Shown here: positions 14,501 to 27,700 of the stretch, piece after piece
Layout of the letters: the number at the start of each line of letters is the position of its first letter
Numbering within the stretch: the stretch's first letter is position 1
From: Raillietiella orientalis
Taxonomy: Eukaryota
Direction: 5' to 3'
Length of the DNA stretch: 64,000 bases
Assembly (NCBI GenBank): GCA_036172245.1
Contig: JAYWIR010000125.1
Location: 1 to 64,000 of the forward strand
The notes under the pieces: model-generated
Database searches by the model: none
What the model was told of the DNA's origin: nothing
What the model saw: the letters and a program-made list of their open reading frames with translations, nothing else
Made by a program: the position numbers and the translations under genes

Positions 14501-17500
14501 CATATTTTCGCATGTGTTCAAAATGATGTTTACCATTGCAAAAAGCCTTGGTGTCTTACTTACATACAAGAAAATTGACGTTGCCGACAATCGAAAAGAC
14601 GACAAAGTGGAAATTAGAGGTTTCGAAACACATTGGAATATGGTGTGAAATGTTAAAGACGGAGCGTCTGAAGATGCCAGAAGAGGATATAGAAGCTTTG
14701 TTTCTTTTGCTGTTCTCATGCGAAGCAGCTGTACATACAGCAGATTATACTATAAATTCAATCGGCATTAACAAACCGAGAATACGTTCTGTTGTGTAGC
14801 AAGCAATTGCAACCAAATCAACATTTCAACCTCTGCACACGCATGACAACCGCGTTATACGAAGTTCGTTAAGATTAGCAGTGCTTATGGAAGGATAAAA
14901 AAACAGCTTTGAAAATGCATAGATGATCCTAATCCTAGGTGTGCGTATAGTGGTGTGCAAACAGAAGCACTTTCTGTTATGGATGAAAGGAATGAAGCAT
15001 ACCATTAGAAAAGAATTCACGACATTATTTTTAAAAGGCATTGTAGATAGCGCCAAAATTGGCGAAGCAGTGGTTGCCGAATGGTCGTCGATAGGAAACA
15101 TGCAACTGGTACACTCATGTCAAAGAATCGGTTCTTACAGTTCCATATTTTGAAATCTCGTAACTGAATTCTGGTAGCAAGAATGGAATTCTGAGGTAGG
15201 ATCTCTTCTGTCTAATCACGTTGGCATCAAAACTGTACACAATGGATTCAGTTGAAGATGATCAAAGAAGAGAACTATGCTGCAATTTGTCGGAAACCTT
15301 TCCTCTTCCTTCATATTGTTAGGGACTTCTGCAAGGAATTTGATCTGCCGTGAAAATTGATATCTTTAGATGGCTTGGTTTGTTGTTGCAGGGTCAGCAA
15401 AATACGCGTTGCACAAAAGAGTATCCATTTGCATACTGCATACATTTTCTCCGTTAACATGTGAATTGGAAAAAATAGTGTTGCAACATGTGGTCTCATG
15501 ATAGCTTGCGAAAAAGTCAATAGTTTGAAATTTTATTCATTGTGAAGGAAACCAATGTTGCAATCCAAAGAGCCATGATTGAGATTAATTGTATTTCAGA
15601 AAATAACATATTTTCGCATGTGTTCAAAATTATGTTTACCATTGCAAAAAGCGTTGGTGTCTTACTTACATACACGAAAATTGACGTTGCCGACAATGGA
15701 AAAGACGAAAAAGTGGTAATCAGAGGTTTCAAAACACATTTTACTATGGTGTGAAAAGTTAAAGACGGAGCGTCTGAAGATGCCAGAAGAGGACATAGAA
15801 GCTTCGTTTGGTTTGCTGTTCTCATGCGAAGCAGCTGTACGTACAACAGATTATACTATAAATTCAATCGGCATTAACAAACCGAGAATACGTTCTGTTG
15901 TGTAGCAAGCACTTGCAAGCAAATCAACATTTCAACCTCTGCACACGCATGACAACCGCGTTCTACGATGTTCGTTGAGATTAGCAGTGCTTAAGGAAGG
16001 ATAAAACAACAGGTATGGATATGCATAGATGATCCTAATCCTAGGTGTGCGCACAGTGCTGTGCAAAAAGAAGCACTTTCTGTTATGGATGAAAGGCATG
16101 AAGCAGACCTTTAGAAAAGAATTCACGACATTATTTTTAAAAGGCATTGTAGATAGCACCAAAATTGGCGAAGAAGTGGTTGCCGAATGGTCGTCGATAC
16201 GAAATATGCAACTGGTACACTCATGTCAAAGAGTCGGTTTTTACAGTTTAATATTTTGAAATCTCGTAACTCAATTCTGGTAGCAAGAATGGAATTCTGA
16301 GATCAGATCTCTTATCTCTAATCATGTTGGCATCTAAGGTGTACACAATGGATCCAGTTGAAGACGATCAAAGAAGAGAGCAATGCTGCAATTTGTCGGA
16401 AACCTTTCCTCTTTCTTAATATTGTTAGTGACTTCTGCAGGGAATTTGATCTGCCGTGAAAATTGATATCTTTAGATGGCTTGGTTTGTTGTTGCAGGGT
16501 CAGCAAAATACGCGTTGCACAAAAGAGTATCCATTTGCATACTGCATACATTTTCTCCGTTAACATGTGAATTGGAAAAAATAGTGTTGCAACATGTGGT
16601 CTCATGATAGCTTGCGAAAAAGTCAATAGTTTGAAATTTTATTCATTGTGAAGGAAACCAATCTTGTAATCCAAAGAGCCATGATTGAGATTAATTGTAT
16701 TTCAGAAAATAACATATTTTCGCATGTGTTCAAAATTATGTTTACCATTGCAAAAACCGTTGGTGTCTTACTTACATACAAGAAAATTGACGTTGCCGAC
16801 AATGGAAAAGACTAAAAAGTGGTAATCAGAGGTTTCAAAACACATTGGAATATGGTGTGATAAGTTAAAGACGAAGCGTCTGAAGATGCCAGAAGAGGAT
16901 ATAGAAGCTTGGTTTGGTTTGCTGTTCTCATGCGAGGCAGCTGTACATACAACAGACTATACTATAAATTCAATCGGCATTAACAAACCGAGAGCACGTT
17001 CTGTTGTGTAGCAAGGAGTTGCAAGCAAATCAACATTTCAACTTCTGCAAACGCATGACAACCGCGTTCTACGAAGTTCGTTGAGATTAGCAGTGCTTAA
17101 GGAAGGATAAAACAACAGGTATGGATATGCATAGATGATACTAATCCTAGGTGTGCGCACAGTGGTGTGCAAACAAAAGGAATTTCTGTTATGGATAAAA
17201 GGCATGAAGCGGACCATTACAAAAGAAATCAAGACATTATTTATGAAAGGCATTGTAGATAGCACCAAAATTGGCGAAGCAGTGGTTGCCTAATGGTCGT
17301 CGATACGAAATATGAAACTGGAACACTCATGTCAAAGAGTCGGTTTTTACAGTTTCATATTTTGAAATCTCGTAACTCAATTCTGGTTGCAAGAATGGAA
17401 TTCTGAGATCGGATCTCTTATGTCTAATCATGTTGGCATCTAAGGTGTACACAATGGATCCAGTTGAAGACGATCAAAGAAGAGAGCAATGCTGTAATTT

Positions 17501-18797
17501 GACGGAAACCTTTCCTCTTTCTTCATATTGTTAGTGACTTCTGCAGGGAATTTGATCTGCCGTGAAAATTGATATCTTTAGATGGCTTGGTTTGTTGTTG
17601 CACGGTCAGCAATATACGCGTTCCACAATAGAGTATCCATCTGCATACTGCATACATTTTCTCCGTTAAGATGTGAATTGAAAAAAATAGTGTTGCAACA
17701 TGTGGTCTCATAATAGCTTGCGATAAAGCCAATAGTTTGAAATTTTATTCATTGTCAAGGAAACCAATGTTGCATTCCAAATAGCCATTATTGAGATTCA
17801 TTGCATTTCAGAAACAAAAGATATTTTCGCATGTGTTCCAAATTATGTTCACCACTGCAAAAAGCCTTGTGTGTCTTACTTCCATACAAGAAAATCGACG
17901 TTGCCCACAATGGAAAAGACGACAAAGTGGAAATTAGAGGTTTCGAAACACATCGGAATATGGTGTGAAATGTTAACGACGGAGCGTCTGAAGATGCCAG
18001 AAGAGGATATAGAAGCTTTTTTTCTTTTGCTGTTCTCATGCGAAGCAGCTGTACATACAGCAGATTATACTATAAAATCAATCGGCATTAACAAACCGAG
18101 AGCACGTTCTGTTGTGTAGCAAGCAGTTGCAAGCAAATCAACATTTCAACTTCTGCAAACGCATGACAACCGCGTTCTCCGAAGTTCGTTAAGATTAGCA
18201 GTGCTTATGGAAGGATAAAAAAACAGCTTTGAAAATGCATAGATGATCCTAATCCTATTTGTGCATACAGTGGTGTGCAAACAGAAGCACTTTGTGTTAT
18301 GGATGAAAGACATGAAGGAGACTATAACAAAAGAATTCACGACATTATTTATGAAAGGCATTGTAGATAGCACCAAAATTGGCGAAGCAGTGGTTGCCGA
18401 ATGGTCGTCGATACGAAATATGCAACTGGTACACTCATGTCAAAGTGTCGGTTCTTACAGTTTCATATTTTGAAATCTCGTAACTGAATTCTGGTAGCAA
18501 GAATGGAATTCTGAGATCGGATCTTATATGTGTAATCATGTTGGCATCTAAGGTGTACGCAATGGATCCTGTTGAAGACGATCAAAGAAGAGAGCAATGC
18601 TGCAATTTGTCGGAAACCTTTCCTCTTTATTCATATTGTTAGTGACTTCTGCAGGGAATTTGATCTGCCGTGAAAATTGATATCTTTAGATGGCTTGGTT
18701 TGTTGTTGCAGGGTCAGCAAAATACGCGTTGCACAAAAGAGTATCCATTTGCATACTGCATACATTTTCTCCGTTAACATGTGAATTGGAAAAAATA
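5519..18797. repeat. Domain of 12 mosaic monomers combining A, B and C variant tracts
   Basis: B tract (AGAGCACG, CAACTTCTGCAAACG, CAGGTATGGATATG, CAAAAGGAATTT, GAAATCAAGAC) lies at ~9240-9550, 10350-10680, 11460-11710, 13670-14000 and 16990-17320. C tract (most copies with GATAAAGCC and TTGCATTCC; CCTTGTGTGTC, GTTGCCCAC, TTTCGAAAC; +2 bp) lies at ~7750-8070, 11070-11420, 13240-13640 and 17710-18060. Confidence 0.8.
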
Positions 18798-21700
18798 GTG
18801 TTGCAACATGTGGTCTCATTATAGCTTGCGAAAAAGTCAATAGTTTGAAATTTTATTCATTGTCAAGGAAACCAATGTTGCAATCCAAAGAGCCATGATT
18901 GAGATTAATTGTATTTCAGAAAATAACATATTTTCGCATGTGTTCAAAATTATGTTTACCATTGCAAAAAGCCTTGGTGTCTTACTTACATACAAGAAAA
19001 TTGACGTTGCCGACAATGGAAAAGACGAAAAAGTGGTAATCAGAGGTTTCAAAACACATTCGAATATGGTGTGAAAAGTTAAAGACGGAGCGTCTGAAGA
19101 TGCCAGAAGAGGACATAGAAGCTTCGTTTGGTTTGCTGTTCTCATGCGAAGCAGCTGTACGTACAACAGATTATTCTATAAATTCAATCGGCATTAACAA
19201 ACCGAGAATACGTTCTGTTGTGCAGCAAGCACTTGCAAGCAAACCAACATTTCAACCTCTGCACACGCATGACAACCGCGTTCTACGAAGTTCGTTGAAA
19301 TTAGCAGTGCTTAAGGAAGGATAAAACAACAGGTATGGATATGCATAGATGATCCGAATCCTAGGTGTGCGCATAGTGGTGTGGAAACAAAAGAAATTTC
19401 TGTTATGGATAAAAGGCAAGAAGCGTACCATTATTAAAGAAATCAAGACATCATTTATCTAAAGCATTATAGGTAGTACCAAAATTGGCGAAGCATTGGT
19501 TGCCGAATGGTTGTCGATACGAAATATGCAACTGGTACATTCATGTGGAAGAGACGCTTCTTACAGTTCCATAGTTTTGAAATCTCGTAACTGAATTCTT
19601 TTGGCAAGAATGGAATTCTGAGATCATTTCTCTTATGTCTAATCACGTTGGCATCAAAACTGTACACAATGGATTCAGTTGAAGATGATCAAAGAAGAGA
19701 GCTATGCTGCAATTTGGCGGAAACCTTTCCTCTTCCTTCATATTGTTAGTGACTTCTGCAGGAAATTTGATCTGCCGTGAAAATTGATATCTTTAGATGG
19801 CTTGGTTTGTTGTTGCAGGGTCAGCAAAATACGCGTTCCACAATAGAGTATCCATTTGCATACTGCATACATTTTCTCCGTTAACATGTGAATTGGAAAA
19901 AATAGTGTTGCAACATGTGGTCTCATGATAGCTTGCGAAAAAGTCAATAGTTTGAAATTTTATTCATAGTCAAGGAAACCAATGTTGCAATCCAAAGAGC
20001 CATGATTGAGATTAATTGTATTTCAGAAAATAACATATTTTCGCATGTGTTCAAAATCATGTTTACCATTGCAAAAAGCCTTGGTGTCTTACTTACATAC
20101 AAGAAAATTGACGTTGCCGACAATGGAAAAGACGAAAAAGTGCTAATCAGAGGTTTCAAAACACATTGCAATATGGTGTGAAAAGTTAAAGACGGAGCGT
20201 CTGAAGATGCCAGAAGAGGATATAGAAGCTTCGTTTGGTTTGCTGTTCTCATGCGAAGAGGCTGTACATACAACAGATTATACTATAAATTCAATCGGCT
20301 TTAACAAACCGAGAGTACGTTCTGTTGTGTAGCAAGCAGTTGCAAGCAAATCAACATTTAAGCTTCTGCAAACGCATGAGAACCGCGTTCTACGAAGTTC
20401 GTTGAGATTATCAGTGCTTAAGGAAGGATAAAACAACAGGTATGGATATGCATAGATGATCCTAATCCTAGGTGTGCGCACAGTGGTGTGCAAACAAAAG
20501 GAATTTCTGTTATGGATAAAAAACATGAAGCGGACCATTACAAAAGAAATCAAGACATTATTTATGAAAGGCATTGTAGATAGCACCAAAATTGGCGAAG
20601 CAGTGGTTGCCGAATGGTCGTCGATACGAAATATGCAACTGGTACACTCATGTCAAAGAGTCGGTTCTTACAGTTTCATATTTTGAAATCTCGTAACAGA
20701 ATTCAGGTAGCAAGAGTGGAAATCTGAGATCGGATCTCTTATGCGTAATCATGTTGGCATCTTAGGTGTACACAATGGATACAGTTGAAGACGATCAAAG
20801 AAGAGAGCAATGCAGTAATTTGACGGAAACCTTTCCTCTTCCTTCATATTGTTAGTGACTTCTATACGGAATTTGATCTTTCGTGAAAATTGATATCTTT
20901 AGATTGCTTGGTTTGTTTTTGCAGGGTCAGCAAAATACGCGTTGCACAAAAGAGTATCCATCTGCATACTGCATACATTTTCTCCGTTAACATGTGAATT
21001 GGAAAAAATAAGGTTCAAACATGTAGTCTATTGATACCTTGCGAAAAAATCAAGAGTTTGAAATTTTATTCATCGTCAAGGAAACCAATGTTGCAATCCA
21101 AAGACCCATCATTGAGGTTGACCGTATTTCAGAAACGAAAGATATTTTCGCATGTGTTCCAAATTATGTTTACCACAGCAAAAAGCCTTGTGTGTCTTAC
21201 TTACATACAAGAAAATCGACGTTGCCGACAATGGAAAAGACGAAAAAGTTGAAATCAGAGGTTTCGAAACACATTGGAATATGGTATGAAAAGTTAAAGA
21301 CGGAGCGTCTGAAGATGCCTGAAGAGGATATAGAAGCTTCGTCTCGTTTGGTGTTCTTATGAAAAGCCGCTGCACTCACAACAGATTGAATTCTAAATTC
21401 AATCGGTATTAAACAACGAAGAATACGTTGTGTTGTTTAGCAAACACTTGTAAGCAAATTACCATTTCAAAATCTCCACACATATCACAACCGCGTTATA
21501 CGAAGTTTGCCAAGTTCAGCAGTGCTTATGGAAGGATAAAACAACAGGTTTGGAAATGCATAGATGAGGCTAATCCTAAGTGGGCGTTTAGTGGTGTGCA
21601 AACAAAAGCACTTTCCGTTATGGATAAAAGACATGAAGCAGAGCATTACAAAAAAAATCTTCACATCATTTATGAAAATAATTATAGATACGACCAAAAT

Positions 21701-24700
21701 TGGCGAAGCATTGGTCGCCGAATGGACGTCGATACCAAATATGCAACTGGTGCACTCAGCGCAAAGAGACGCTTGTTACAATTTCATACTGTTGAAATTT
21801 CGAAACTGAATTGTCGTAGCAAGGATGGAATTCTAAGAAGAGACCTCTTATGTCTAATCACGTAGGCACCTAAGCACTTGAAAACGGATTCAGTTCAAGA
21901 TGATCAAAGGAGGGAGCAATGCTGCAAACCGTATAAAACCATTCCTCTTCCTACATATTGTTAGTGACCTCTGCGCGTAATTTGTTCTGTCGAAGAAATT
22001 GAGATCTTTAGTTGGCTTGGTTTCTTCTTGCAGGCTCAACAAAATGCGCGTTGCTCGAAAGAATATCCATTTGCATACTGCATACAGTTTCTCTGTAAGA
22101 ATGTGAACTAAAAACAACAGCGTTTAAAAAGTTGGTCTTCAGATTGCTTGCGAAGAAATGAATAGTTTGAAATTTTATTTATTGTCAAGGAAACCAATGT
22201 TGCAGACGGAAGACCAATCATTGAGATTCATCGTATTTCAGAAAAAAAAGATACTTTTGCACGTGTTTCAAAATATGTTTGACATGGCAAAATGGATTTG
22301 AAATATTGTTCCCGTAGAAGAAGATCGCCGATTCCGACAATGGAATAGACAGGAAAGCGGAAAACTAAGATATTGAAAAATACTGGGAAATCGTTTGAAA
22401 AGTTGGAGCTGAATCGTCAGAAGAGGCCAGAAGAGGATACAAAAGGTTCGTTACTTTTGCTGTTCTCATGCGAAGCAGCTGTACATACAACAGATTATAC
22501 TATAAATTCAATCGGCATTCACAAACCGAGAATACGTTCTGTTATGTAGCAAGCACTTGCGATCAAATCAACATTTCAACCTCTCCACACATATCACAAC
22601 CACGTTATGCGAAGTTTGCCAAGTTCAGCAGTGCTTATGGAAGGATAAAAGAACAGGTTTGCAAATGCATAGATGAGGCTAATCCTAAGTGGGCGTTTAG
22701 TGGTGTGCGAACAAAAGCAATTTCTGTTAGGGATGAAAGGCATGAAGCAGACCATTACAAAAGAAATCACGACATCATTAATGAAAGGCATTATAGATAC
22801 GACGAAAATTGGCGAAGCATTGGTTGCCGAATGGTCGTGGATACGAAATTTGCAACTGGCACGTCCATCTCAAAGAGACGCTTCTTACAGTTTCATACTT
22901 TCGAAATCTCGTAACTGAATTCTGGTAGCAAGAATGGAATTCTGAGAACGGATCTCTTATGTCTAATCACGTTGCAATCTAAGGTGAACACAATGGATTC
23001 AGTTGAAGAAGATCAAAGAGGAGAGCAATGCTGCAATTTGTGGAAAACCTTTCCTCTTCCTTCATATTGTTAGTGACTTCTGCGCGGAATTTGATCTGTC
23101 GTGAAAATTGATATCTTTAGATGGCTTGGTTTGTGGTTGCAGGGTCAGCAAAATACGCGTTGCACAGAAGAGTATCCATCTGCATACTACATAGATTTTC
23201 TCCGTGAACATGTGAAATGAAAACAATAGTGTTGCAACATGTGGTCTCATAATAGCTTGCGATAAAGCCAATAGTTTGAAATTTTATTCATTGTCAAGGA
23301 AACCAATGTTGCAATCCAAAGAGCCATGATTGAGATTAATTGTATTTCAGAAAATAACATATTTTCGCATGTGTTCCAAATTATGTTTACCACAGCAAAA
23401 AGCCTTGTGTGTCTTACTAACATACAAGAAAATCGACGTTGCCCACAATGGAAAAGACGAAAAAGTGTAAATCAGAGGTTTCGAAACACATTTGAATATG
23501 GTGTGAAAAGTTAAAGACGGAGCGTCTGAAGATGGCAGAAGAGGATATAGAAGCTTCGTCTCGTTTGGTATTCTCATGCGAAGCAGCTATACATACAACA
23601 GATTATACTATAACTTCAATCGGCATTAACAAATCGAGAATACGTTCTGTTGTGTAGCAAGCACTTGCAAGCAAATCAACATTTCAACCTCTGCACACGC
23701 ATGACAACCGCGTTATACGAAGTTCGTTAAGATCAGCAGTGCTTATGGAAGGATAAAACAACAGCTCTGAAAATGCATGGATGATCCTAATCCTAGGTGT
23801 GCGTATAGTGGTGTGCAAACTGAAGCAATTTCTGTTATAAATGAAAGGCATGAAGCAGACCATTACGAAAGAATTCACGACATTATTTATGAAAAACATT
23901 GTAGATAGCACCAAAATTGGCGAAGCAGTGGTTGCCGAATGGTCGTCGGTACGAAATATGCAACTGGTACACTCATTTCAAAGAGTCGGTTTATACAGTT
24001 TCATATTTTAAAATCTCGTAACTCAATTCTGGTAGCAGGAATGGAATTCTGAGATCGGATCTCTTATGTCTAATCATGTTGGCATCTAAGGTGTACACAA
24101 TGGATCCAGTTGAAGACGATCAAAGAAGAGAGCAATGCTGCAATTTGTCGGAAACCTTTCCTCTTTCTTCATATTGTTAGTGACTTCTGCAGGGAATTTG
24201 ATCTGCCGTGAAAATTGATATCTTTAGATGGCTTGGTTTGTTGTTGCAGGGTCAGCAAAATACGCGTTGCACAAAAGAGTATCCATTTGCATACTGCATA
24301 CATTTTCTCCGTTAACATGTGAATTGGAAAAAATAGTGTTGCAACATGTGGTCTCATGATAGCTTGCGAAAAAGTCAATAGTTTGAAATTTTATTCATTG
24401 TCAAGGAAACCAATGTTGCAATCCATAGAGCCATGATTGAGATTAATTGTATTTCAGAAAATAACATATTTTCGCATGTGTTCAAAATTATGTTTACCAT
24501 TGCAAAAAGCCTTGGTGTCTTACTTACATACAAGAAAATTGACGTTGCCGACAATGGAAAAGACGAAAAAGTGGTAATCAGAGGTTTCAAAACACATTTG
24601 AATATGGTGTGAAAAGTTAAAGACGGAGCGTCTGAAGATGCCAGAAGAGGATATAGAAGCTTCGTTTGGTTTGCTGTTCTCATGCGAAGCAGCTGTACGT

Positions 24701-27700
24701 ACAACAGATTATACTATAAATTCAATCGGCATTAACAAACCGAGAATACGTTCTGTTGTGTAGCAAGCACTTGCAAGCAAATCAACATTTCAACCTCTGC
24801 ACACGCATGACAACCGCGTTATACGAAGTTCGTTAAGATTAGCAGTGCTTATGGAAGGATAAAAAAACAGCTTTGAAAATGCATAGATGATCCTAATCCT
24901 AGGTGTGCGTATAGTGGTGTGCAAACAGAAGCACTTTCTGTTATGGATGAAAGGCATGAAGCAGACCATTAGAAAAGAATTCACGACATTATTTTTAAAA
25001 GGCATTGTAGATAGCACCAAAATTGGCGAAGAAGTGGTTGCCGAATGGTCGTCGATACGAAATATGCAACTGGTACACTCATGTCAAAGAGTCGGTTTTT
25101 ACAGTTTCATATTTTGAAATCTCGTAACTCAATTCTGGTAGCAAGAATGGAATTCTGAGATCGGATCTCTTATGTCTAATCATGTTGGCATCTAAGGTGT
25201 ACACAATGGATCCAGTTGAAGACGATCAAAGAAGAGAGCAATGCTGCAATTTGTCGGAAACCTTTCCTCTTTCTTCATATTGTTAGTGACTTCTGCAGGG
25301 AATTTGATCTGCCGTGAAAATTGATATCTTTAGATGGCTTGGTTTGTTGTTGCAGGGTCAGCAAAATACGCGTTGCACAAAAGAGTATCCATCTGCATAC
25401 TGCATACATTTTCTCCGTTAACATATGAATTGGAAAAAATAGTGTTGCAACATGTGGTCCCATAATAGCTTGCGAAAAAGTCAATAGTTTGAAATTTTAT
25501 TCATTGTCAAGGAAACCAATGTTGCAATCCAAAGAGCCATGATTGAGATTAATTGTATTTCAGAAAACAACATATTTTCGCATGTGTTCGAAATTATGTT
25601 TACTATTGCAAAAAGCCTTGGTGTCTTACTTACATAGAAGAAAATTGACGTTGCCGACAATGGAAAAGACGGAAAAGTGGTAATTAGAGGTTTCAAAGCA
25701 CATTGGAATATGGTGTGAAAAGTTAAAGACGGAGCGTCTGAAGATGCCAGAAGAGGATATAGAAGCTTCGTTTGGTTTGCTGTTCTCATGCGAAGCAGCT
25801 GTACGTACAACAGATTATACTACAAATTCAATCGGCATTAACAAACCGAGAATACGTTCTGTTGTGTAGCAAGCACTTGCAAGCAAATCAAAATTTCAAC
25901 CTCTGCACACGCATGACAACCGCGTTATACGAAGTTCGTTAAGATTAGCAGTGCTTATGGAAGGATAAAAAAACAGCTTTGAAAATGCATAGATGATTCT
26001 AATCCTAGGTGTGCGTATAGTGGTGTGGAAACAGAAGCACTTTCTGTTATGGATGAAAGACATGATGGAGACCATTACAAAAGAATTCACGACATTATTT
26101 ATGAAAGGCATTGTAGATAGCACCAAAATTGGAGAAGCAGTGGTTGCCGAATGGTCGTGGATACGAAATATGCAACTGGTACACTCATGTCAAAGTGTCG
26201 GTTCTTACAGTTTCATATTTTGAAATCTCGTAACTGAATTATGGTAGCAAGAATGGAATTCTGAGATCGGATCTCTTATGTCTAATCAGGTTGGCATCTA
26301 AGGTGTACACAATGGATCCAATTGAAGACGATCAAACAAGAGAGCAATGCTGCAATTTGTCGGAAACCTTTCCTCTTTCTTCATATTGTTAGTGACCTCT
26401 GCAAGGAATTTGATCTGCCGTGAAAATTGATATCTTTAGATGGCTTGGTTTGTTGTTGCAGGGTCAGCAAAATACGCGTTGCACAAAAGAGTATCCATTT
26501 GCATACTGCATACATTTTCTCCGTTAACATGTGAATTGGAAAAAATAGTGTTGCAACATGTGGTCTCATGATAGCTTGCGAAAAAGTCAATAGTTTGAAA
26601 TTTTATTCATTGTGAAGGAAACCAATGTTGCAATCCAAAGAGCCATGATTGAGATTAATTGTATTTCAGAAAATAACATATTTTCGCATGTGTTTAAAAT
26701 TATGTTTACCATTGCAAAAAGCCTTGGTGTCTTACTTACATACAAGAAAATTGACGTTGCCGACAATGGAAAAGACGAAAAAGTGGTAATCAGAGGTTTC
26801 AAAACACATTTGAATATGGTGTGAAAAGTTAAAGACGGAGCGTCTGAAGATGCCAGAAGAGGACATAGAAGCTTCGTTTGGTTTGCTGTTCTCATGCGAA
26901 GCAGCTGTACGTACAACAGATTATACTATAAATTCAATCGGCATTAACAAACCGAGAATACGTTCTGTTGTGTAGCAAGCACTTGCAAGCAAATCAACAT
27001 TTCAACCTCTGCACACGCATGACAACCGCGTTATACGAAGTTCGTTAAGATTAGCAGTGCTTATGGAAGGATAAAAAAACAGCTTTGAAAATGCATAGAT
27101 GATCCTAATCCTAGGTGTGCGTATAGTGGTGTGCAAACTGAAGCACTTTCTGTTATGGATGAAAGGCATGAAGCAGACCTTTAGAAAAGAATTCACGACA
27201 TTATTTTTAAAAGGCATTGTAGATAGCACCAAAATTGGCGAAGAAGTGGTTGCCGAATGGTCCTCGATACGAAATCTGCAACTGGTACACTCATGTGACA
27301 GAGTCGGTTTTTACAGTTTCATATTTTGAAATCTCGTAACTCAATTCTGGTAGCAAGAATGGAATTCTGAGATCGGATCTCTTATGTCTAATCATGTTGG
27401 CATCTAAGGTGTACTGAATGGATCCAGTTGAAGACGATCAAAGAAGAGAGCAATGCTGCAATTTGTCGGAAACCTTTCCTCTTTCTTAATATTGTTAGTG
27501 ACTTCTGCAGGGAATTTGATCTGCCGTGAAAATTGATATCTTTAGATGGCTTGGTTTGTTGTTGCAGGGTCAGCAAAATACGCGTTGCACAAAAGAGTAT
27601 CCATTTGCATACTGTATACATTTTCTCCGTTAACATGTGAATTGGAAAAAATAGTGTTGCAACATGTGGTCTCATAATAGCTTGCGAAAAAGTCAATAGT

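Noticed and set aside
21428..22914. Longest clean-copy ORFs (145 and 148 aa, same frame in D1 and D2) as a coding relic; this D1 frame has only ~8 stops in ~370 codons
   Set aside because: D1 versus D2 differences are largely amino-acid changing, the frame has several stops in A-type monomers, another frame is also fairly stop-poor, and I recognise no protein family. A profile search (HHpred or tBLASTn) of the stop-read-through translation would settle it.
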